This document shows positions 15,608 to 18,722 of a DNA stretch of 18,722 nucleotides, one piece after another. Source of the stretch: a virus (Duplodnaviria; Heunggongvirae; Uroviricota; Caudoviricetes); the IMG/VR virus record IMGVR_UViG_2778261064_000025. One strand, 5' to 3'. Made by a program: the position numbers and the translations under genes. A model generated the notes under the pieces. It searched no databases, had not been told where the DNA came from, and worked only from the letters and a program-made list of their open reading frames with translations. Every line of letters begins with the position of its first letter. Within the stretch, counting starts at the first letter, position 1.

Positions 15608-16433
15608 GGACCGCCTCCAGACGCTTAGCGAGCCAGCGTTGCGACAGGCGGGTGAGTTCTCCTTTGCGCTGCTCATATTCCATGCCCATATCAATTAACG
15701 TGATATTGGTGCTTTCGAGATATGAGAGGTGCTCAAGCTGTTCTGCGTTCATATGGTCGCGAGGTTCGCCAGAATAGCCATTTATCCGCGCCCACTGCTT
15801 AGCAGTTAGCCCACCAAGAACGATACGAGAAATCATATTGATCTCGTTTGTGTAGTGGTGTTGCTGCGTCGTTTTCCCCATCTCGGCACGGGCCATATTC
15901 AGCGCATCGCACATTGGCTTAAAGTTGTTTGCGGCACTGATACGGGCTTTTAGCTGGCGACGATAGCGGGCGGCGATTTCAGGCACGCTACGCTGTAATT
16001 CTTCCTCGCACTGGATGAAATAACGGCGGATAGCGCGCCCCTGATCATTGCGTTCGATCATTGCCAGTTCTTTCGCCATTCCGACACTTAACAGATAGTC
16101 TTTGCCGGGTCTTCCAGACTGCTTAATCTTGCTGTAAGCCGCGCCATTCGGGATTTTCCCCAAATTTGGGGAAATAGTTTTATGGACTGAGTAATCGTGC
16201 CCAATGGTGAAGTCATATTCAGAGATGCGATCAGTGATCCATGTAGAGAAGTCTTTTCCCACGCCCAACGCTTTGTGTAACGCTTTTGCGCTAACAATAT
16301 TGGTTTCACGCCCACCGATATGACCAGGAATAACCGGGACAATTGCGGCAAATTCATTACCGTTAATTGTGCCCAGAGAGGCGTTCAGATGAGGGGCAGC
16401 CTCAGAAATTAATCTGCTTTTTTCGATGTTCAT
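15600..16433 (-). CDS. Phage antirepressor-like protein (AntA/AntB-type domain), 277 aa
   Basis: ORF track. Segments NIVSAKALHKALGVGKDFSTWITDRISEYDF and DYLLSVGMAKELAMIERNDQGRAIRRYFIQCEEEL match antirepressor AntA/KilA-type domains as I recall them. Confidence 0.6.
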   Translation of the reverse strand: MNIEKSRLISEAAPHLNASLGTINGNEFAAIVPVIPGHIGGRETNIVSAKALHKALGVGKDFSTWITDRISEYDFTIGHDYSVHKTISPNLGKIPNGAAYSKIKQSGRPGKDYLLSVGMAKELAMIERNDQGRAIRRYFIQCEEELQRSVPEIAARYRRQLKARISAANNFKPMCDALNMARAEMGKTTQQHHYTNEINMISRIVLGGLTAKQWARINGYSGEPRDHMNAEQLEHLSYLESTNITLIDMGMEYEQRKGELTRLSQRWLAKRLEAVHV

Positions 16434-16445
16434 TTTCAGTCTCCG

Positions 16446-16877
16446 TTAGGCGGCGTTAAACGCGTCCGGGTAGAGTTTCAGAATGTCGGCAATTTCCTGC
16501 TGAGAAAGTCCGTTGTGATCATTTATGTTCGCAAGATGGTTAATATGAGTGATCACTTTCAGAACATCACCACGGCAGGAGAAACGGTAGCGAAGGTGTG
16601 TTCCGATACCATCAGGATTCTTTTCGTCGATACGCTCCAGAGTGATTCCGAGCTGGCGTTCTAACTCTGTTGCATAGTTACGACCAGAAGACAGACGGCA
16701 GTAGCGAAGAATGTCATTTTCTGTCCATCCCTCTATACCAGTACGCAGCATATAGACTCGGGCACGATGCTTTTTCGGCGTGCGCTTTGGTGCTTGAAGG
16801 GATTTTGTCAGGGGCGTAACATCAGATACGCGAATATCTGAATTAGCCGCCTGTAATGGGCGGTTTTTCTTTTCCAT
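16446..16877 (-). CDS. Hypothetical protein (143 aa), basic N-terminus
   Basis: ORF track. Start overlaps the AlpA stop by 1 nt (coupled). No family recognised. Confidence 0.55.
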   Translation of the reverse strand: MEKKNRPLQAANSDIRVSDVTPLTKSLQAPKRTPKKHRARVYMLRTGIEGWTENDILRYCRLSSGRNYATELERQLGITLERIDEKNPDGIGTHLRYRFSCRGDVLKVITHINHLANINDHNGLSQQEIADILKLYPDAFNAA

Positions 16878-17080
16878 CAGGCCACCTCGTCTCTAGATTC
16901 TAATATACACTTCTCAATCCATTCATCTATTTCAGACTCAACAAAAGCAATTGCCCGACTTCCAATTTTTACCTGTTTAGGGAACCTCCCCTGACTAATA
17001 AGACGATAAATCCATGCTTTGCTATAACCAGTTCGCCTTTGAACTTCAGAGAGACGAATTAATGAATTGTAATTAGCCAT
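16877..17080 (-). CDS. alpA: AlpA-family phage transcriptional regulator / excisionase-like DNA-binding protein (67 aa)
   Basis: ORF track. Pattern ...RTGYSKAWIYRLISQGRFPKQVKIGSRAIAFVESEIDEWI matches the AlpA/Xis-type HTH family. Sits one gene away from the P4-type integrase, as is typical. Confidence 0.8.
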   Translation of the reverse strand: MANYNSLIRLSEVQRRTGYSKAWIYRLISQGRFPKQVKIGSRAIAFVESEIDEWIEKCILESRDEVA

Positions 17081-17165
17081 TTATTAATATCCTGTACTAA
17101 TGACGCAATAACCCCCTCCTGCAACGAATGGCGAGAGTTTTATTTGCGTCAAATGTCGAATACGC

Positions 17166-17202
17166 CAAAGACCACAATATGAAAAACATATTGCGGTCTT
17201 TT
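17166..17202. promoter_or_regulatory. Inverted repeat / hairpin CAAAGACCACAATATG-aaaaa-CATATTGCGGTCTTTT in the int-alpA intergenic region
   Basis: About 15-bp arms with one mismatch, followed by TTTT on the plus strand. Could be a plus-strand terminator or a protein-binding site. Confidence 0.3.
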
Positions 17203-17507
17203 ATAAAAGATAGTCAGATTGTTTTGGTTTGTTTGCTCCACAAGGGTAGAGCTACCCTGCATTTCGGCAGGATCACGCTATTAGGCGTGACATCCAGTAG
17301 TTTTAAAGAACAATTGCGCTTTGTCAGCGCCAAAGCCTGTTAAAGAACATTCCGCTTTTCAGCAGCGTAGAAGGCTCAATACACCTTCGTTTATAAAAGA
17401 GCGATTGCCCTTCTCCAGGGCTAACTGTTAAATAGCAATCCTCTGTGAGTTTTTATCAATCTACTCCCCTATACTTTAGTAAACCTCTGTATACTTGTCC
17501 AGTTGTT

Positions 17508-18722
17508 TCATGCGTGTTTTTCAAACACCATATGCACCACATTTCCGCCATGCTCGAGAGAATCCATATAGTCGGCATACCATTGAAGCATCTCCCGCCG
17601 TCCATCCAGATATTGCGCATGGTTGTATGTGCCACGAATTGAGTTCTTATCAACGTGAGCGAGCTGCGTTTCTATCCACGCGGTGTTATAGCCCTGCTCA
17701 TGCAAAATCGTGCTCATAGTGTGTCGGAACCCATGACCAGTTACACGTCCAGCGTAGCCAATGCGCTTAAACACTTGGTTTATGCTGGCCTCACTCATTG
17801 TTTTCCTTGGATCATTGCGCCCGGGAAACATAAGAGGGTAATTGCCTGTTATTTCTCTAATCTTCCCAATAAGCGAAAGAGCCTGCTCAGACAATGGCAC
17901 AATATGAGGCCGCCGCATTTTCATACGTGAAGCGGGTATCTCCCATATAGCCTTGTTGAAATCAATTTCATCCCATAATGCGCCACGTAGTTCGCCAGTT
18001 CGCAAGCCGGTGATAATCAGTAGACGAGCCGCCATAACAACCAATGCGCTTCCTGAGTAACTGGATAATGCCTTGAAAAAATCAGGTAATTCTTTGGTCG
18101 TAAGGAAAGGGTAATGATTAGATTCATGGCCTTGCATCGCGCTAGTAAGGTCTGGTGCAGGGTTATACTCTGCGCGACCAGTGACTATTGCATAGCGGAA
18201 AACTTCCCCGCACCGCTGCCTCACTTTTTTGGCTTTTTCTGTCGCACCGCGCCCCTCGATGCGCCGCAGCACATTCAGAAGTTCAAGTGGTTTGATTTCG
18301 GCGATTGGTTTTTTGCCAATGTAAGGGAACACATCTTTGTTGAAGGCTTCGAGGATGTCTGAAGCATAACCAGCAGACCATTTTTTTAATTTGCTGCTGT
18401 GCCACTCAAGGGCAATATCTTTGAAGGTGTTGTTTAACTGCGTTTCCCGGGCAATCTTTTCCTCTCGTTTCGCTTCCATCGGATCGATACCACCAGCGAT
18501 ACCTCTTTTCGCATCTTCACGTTTTGCCCGAGCATCGGCTAGAGTAACCTCAGGATACACACCTAGTGCCAATAGCTTCTCTTTACCAGCTACACGATAT
18601 TTAAGTCGCCAGTATTTACCTCCATTAGGTTTTACCAAGAGATACAAACCGCCACCATCGGCCAGCTTGTAAGCCTTCTCTTTTGGCTTGGCTGTGTCTA
18701 TTTGACGGGCATTGAGTTTCAC
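17508..18722 (-). CDS. P4-family tyrosine integrase; 5' end at or just beyond the window edge
   Basis: ORF track 404 aa. N-terminal KLNARQIDTAKPKEKAYKLADGGGLYLLVKPNGGKYWRLKYR is the classic P4-type integrase N-terminus. C-terminal HGFRHTMSTIL...LAH...Y catalytic motifs. The apparent start is a GTG at the very last codon of the window. Confidence 0.9.
   Translation of the reverse strand: MKLNARQIDTAKPKEKAYKLADGGGLYLLVKPNGGKYWRLKYRVAGKEKLLALGVYPEVTLADARAKREDAKRGIAGGIDPMEAKREEKIARETQLNNTFKDIALEWHSSKLKKWSAGYASDILEAFNKDVFPYIGKKPIAEIKPLELLNVLRRIEGRGATEKAKKVRQRCGEVFRYAIVTGRAEYNPAPDLTSAMQGHESNHYPFLTTKELPDFFKALSSYSGSALVVMAARLLIITGLRTGELRGALWDEIDFNKAIWEIPASRMKMRRPHIVPLSEQALSLIGKIREITGNYPLMFPGRNDPRKTMSEASINQVFKRIGYAGRVTGHGFRHTMSTILHEQGYNTAWIETQLAHVDKNSIRGTYNHAQYLDGRREMLQWYADYMDSLEHGGNVVHMVFEKHA

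Larger units (their letters stand above)
342..18722 (-). mobile_element. P4-type integrative element (Int-AlpA-primase backbone with cargo), partial; right end beyond window, left boundary uncertain
   Basis: Gene content and co-linearity on the minus strand. No att site or tRNA could be identified inside the window. Confidence 0.45.

Noticed and set aside
17128-18672. Plus-strand ORFs in the int-alpA gap and antisense to the integrase (17128..17343, 17445..17642, 17495..17719, 17655..17930, 18114..18362, 18391..18672)
   Set aside because: Antisense to a well-supported integrase, or in a regulatory gap without RBS.
1-18722. tRNA gene or att core for the P4-type integrase
   Set aside because: No tRNA-like sequence recognised in the window. 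The integrase 5' end is at the right edge, so the attachment site is probably beyond the window.

Overview
The window reads as the integrase-proximal ~17-18 kb of a P4-type (Int / AlpA / primase-helicase) integrative element, probably from an enterobacterium, with nearly every gene on the minus strand. All calls rest on the six-frame track and on motif recognition from memory; no database search was possible. From the right edge leftward: a P4-family tyrosine integrase (5' end at or beyond the window edge), AlpA, a 143-aa hypothetical, an AntA-like antirepressor, a DUF4222-like small protein, a long 355-codon ORF, a run of tightly overlapping small ORFs, and a ~919-aa zinc-finger/TOPRIM/P-loop primase-helicase. 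Downstream of the primase sit a 9-bp iteron array, a minus-strand rho-independent terminator, and a promoter-like region carrying a LexA-box-like CTGT-N8-ACAG. That region precedes a translationally coupled operon of a 53-aa ORF plus four proteins (153/225/473/701 aa) whose sizes, order and sequence features resemble the P22-type gp14-gp7-gp20-gp16 DNA-ejection module. No capsid, portal, terminase or tail genes are present. Further left are an AT-rich multi-pass membrane protein (convergent), an ~820-bp repeat-rich non-coding stretch with DnaA-box-like 9-mers, an Abi_2 (AbiD/F-like) abortive-infection gene, a small DNA-binding-like gene with palindromic operators, a second iteron array that mirrors the first, a PerC-like regulator, and a scar where a frameshifted Ner/Nlp-like gene is fused to the 3' end of a lambdoid-type integrase. 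The most interesting hypothesis is a satellite-like or cryptic island that carries its own ejection-protein module under SOS-like control, flanked by defence-type cargo.
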